From a virus (Duplodnaviria; Heunggongvirae; Uroviricota; Caudoviricetes), in IMG/VR virus record IMGVR_UViG_3300042301_002383, positions 3,322-67,321 of that record: 64,000 nt of DNA, one strand, 5' to 3'. Positions 63,633 to 64,000 of this stretch are shown here, piece by piece; the stretch's first letter is position 1, and the number at the start of each line of letters is the position of its first letter. The translations under genes and the position numbers were made by a program. The notes under the pieces were generated by a model that was given only the letters and a program-made list of their open reading frames with translations, was not told the DNA's origin and did not search any database.

Positions 63633-64000
63633 TGAATGTACTTGTAACTGGAGGTGCTGGATTTGTCGGTACCAATTTAATTAAAAGGTTATTAAAAGAT
63701 GGTCACGATGTAACATCCTTAGATAACTACTTAAGTGGTTTTAGTTCTAACCACCAAGATGGAGCAAATTACATATATGGTGATGTTAGAAATTTAACAA
63801 TACTAGATAATCTGAAATACGATATTGTATTTCATTTAGCGGCAATTGCAAGAATACAACCATCATTTAAACATCCGGTTGAGTATTTTGAAACAAATAC
63901 AAATGGTACATTGAATATGGTACAATATTGTATTAAGAACGATATACCATTAGTTTATGCAGGAAGTAGTTCACACCATAGCGGTAAGTTTAAAAATCCA
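63632..64000 (+). CDS. NAD-dependent sugar epimerase/dehydratase (SDR), 3'-truncated by window edge
   Basis: VLVTGGAGFVGTNL Rossmann motif; ATG at ~63632 overlapping the previous stop; runs past the window end. Confidence 0.75.
   Translation, partial: MNVLVTGGAGFVGTNLIKRLLKDGHDVTSLDNYLSGFSSNHQDGANYIYGDVRNLTILDNLKYDIVFHLAAIARIQPSFKHPVEYFETNTNGTLNMVQYCIKNDIPLVYAGSSSHHSGKFKNP

Noticed and set aside
55708-64000. Possibility that this is a eukaryotic (chlorovirus-like) virus, suggested by the MGC start resembling a myristoylation motif and a large virus-encoded glycosylation set
   Set aside because: Gene starts are preceded by bacterial -33/-7 promoter boxes, genes are coupled by ATGA/TAATG overlaps in long operons, and intrinsic hairpin+T-run terminators are used throughout. 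This is a bacteriophage.

Overview
This AT-rich window reads as part of a large bacteriophage genome whose host is probably a Bacteroidetes-type bacterium. That is an inference from bacterial-style hairpin+T-run terminators and many promoter pairs with a -33 TTTG and a -7 TAnnTTTG box about 20-24 nt before the ATG. It is not a database hit. I found no rRNA, tRNA, CRISPR array, integrase, reverse transcriptase or capsid/terminase signature.

The window has four parts. (i) 1-11.2 kb is a plus-strand run of about 22 small, mostly acidic early-type genes. They are separated by unusually long modular intergenic regions: terminator, conserved spacer, palindromic TTACTGGGG/CCCCAGTAA elements, short tandem repeats, then a promoter. 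(ii) 11.17-12.04 kb is an 870-bp non-coding stretch packed with GC-rich perfect hairpins, next to a free-standing HNH endonuclease. (iii) 12.0-55.6 kb is one long minus-strand block of about 90 tightly packed genes. Recognisable products:
- DNA metabolism and modification: thymidylate synthase with large insertions, two C5-cytosine and one amino (DPPF) DNA methyltransferase, a DEDDh 3'-5' exonuclease, a 5'(3')-deoxyribonucleotidase, a DnaA domain-IV-only protein.
- Cell envelope and membrane: a 3D-domain protein, an M15 peptidase with a peptidoglycan-binding domain, an NlpC/P60 peptidase, an SPFH/band-7 protein, a beta-barrel OMP-like protein.
- Nucleotide/sugar metabolism: RmlC (dTDP-4-dehydrorhamnose 3,5-epimerase), two metallophosphoesterases, a GT2 glycosyltransferase, a hotdog-fold acyl-CoA thioesterase, a HAD phosphatase, a pyruvoyl-type SAM-decarboxylase homologue, a cytidylyl/adenylyl-transferase, and an IscU+IscA Fe-S assembly pair.
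(iv) 55.7-64.0 kb is a plus-strand glycan island: an RHH regulator, two GT4 and three GT2 glycosyltransferases, two SAM methyltransferases, and an NAD epimerase/dehydratase truncated by the window edge.

The most unusual features are two protein families defined only by short conserved N-terminal peptides: nine small proteins starting M-x-x-F-K-F-F, and four starting (I/V)x(I/V)(S/T)E-x-Q(Y/F). I propose these as virion-targeting or processing tags on packaged (possibly injected) effector proteins. Also notable are the repeat-built regulatory architecture of the early region and a candidate nucleotide-sugar or base-modification gene cluster. Coordinates of features I located by eye (small ORFs, promoters, repeats) may be off by 1-2 nt.
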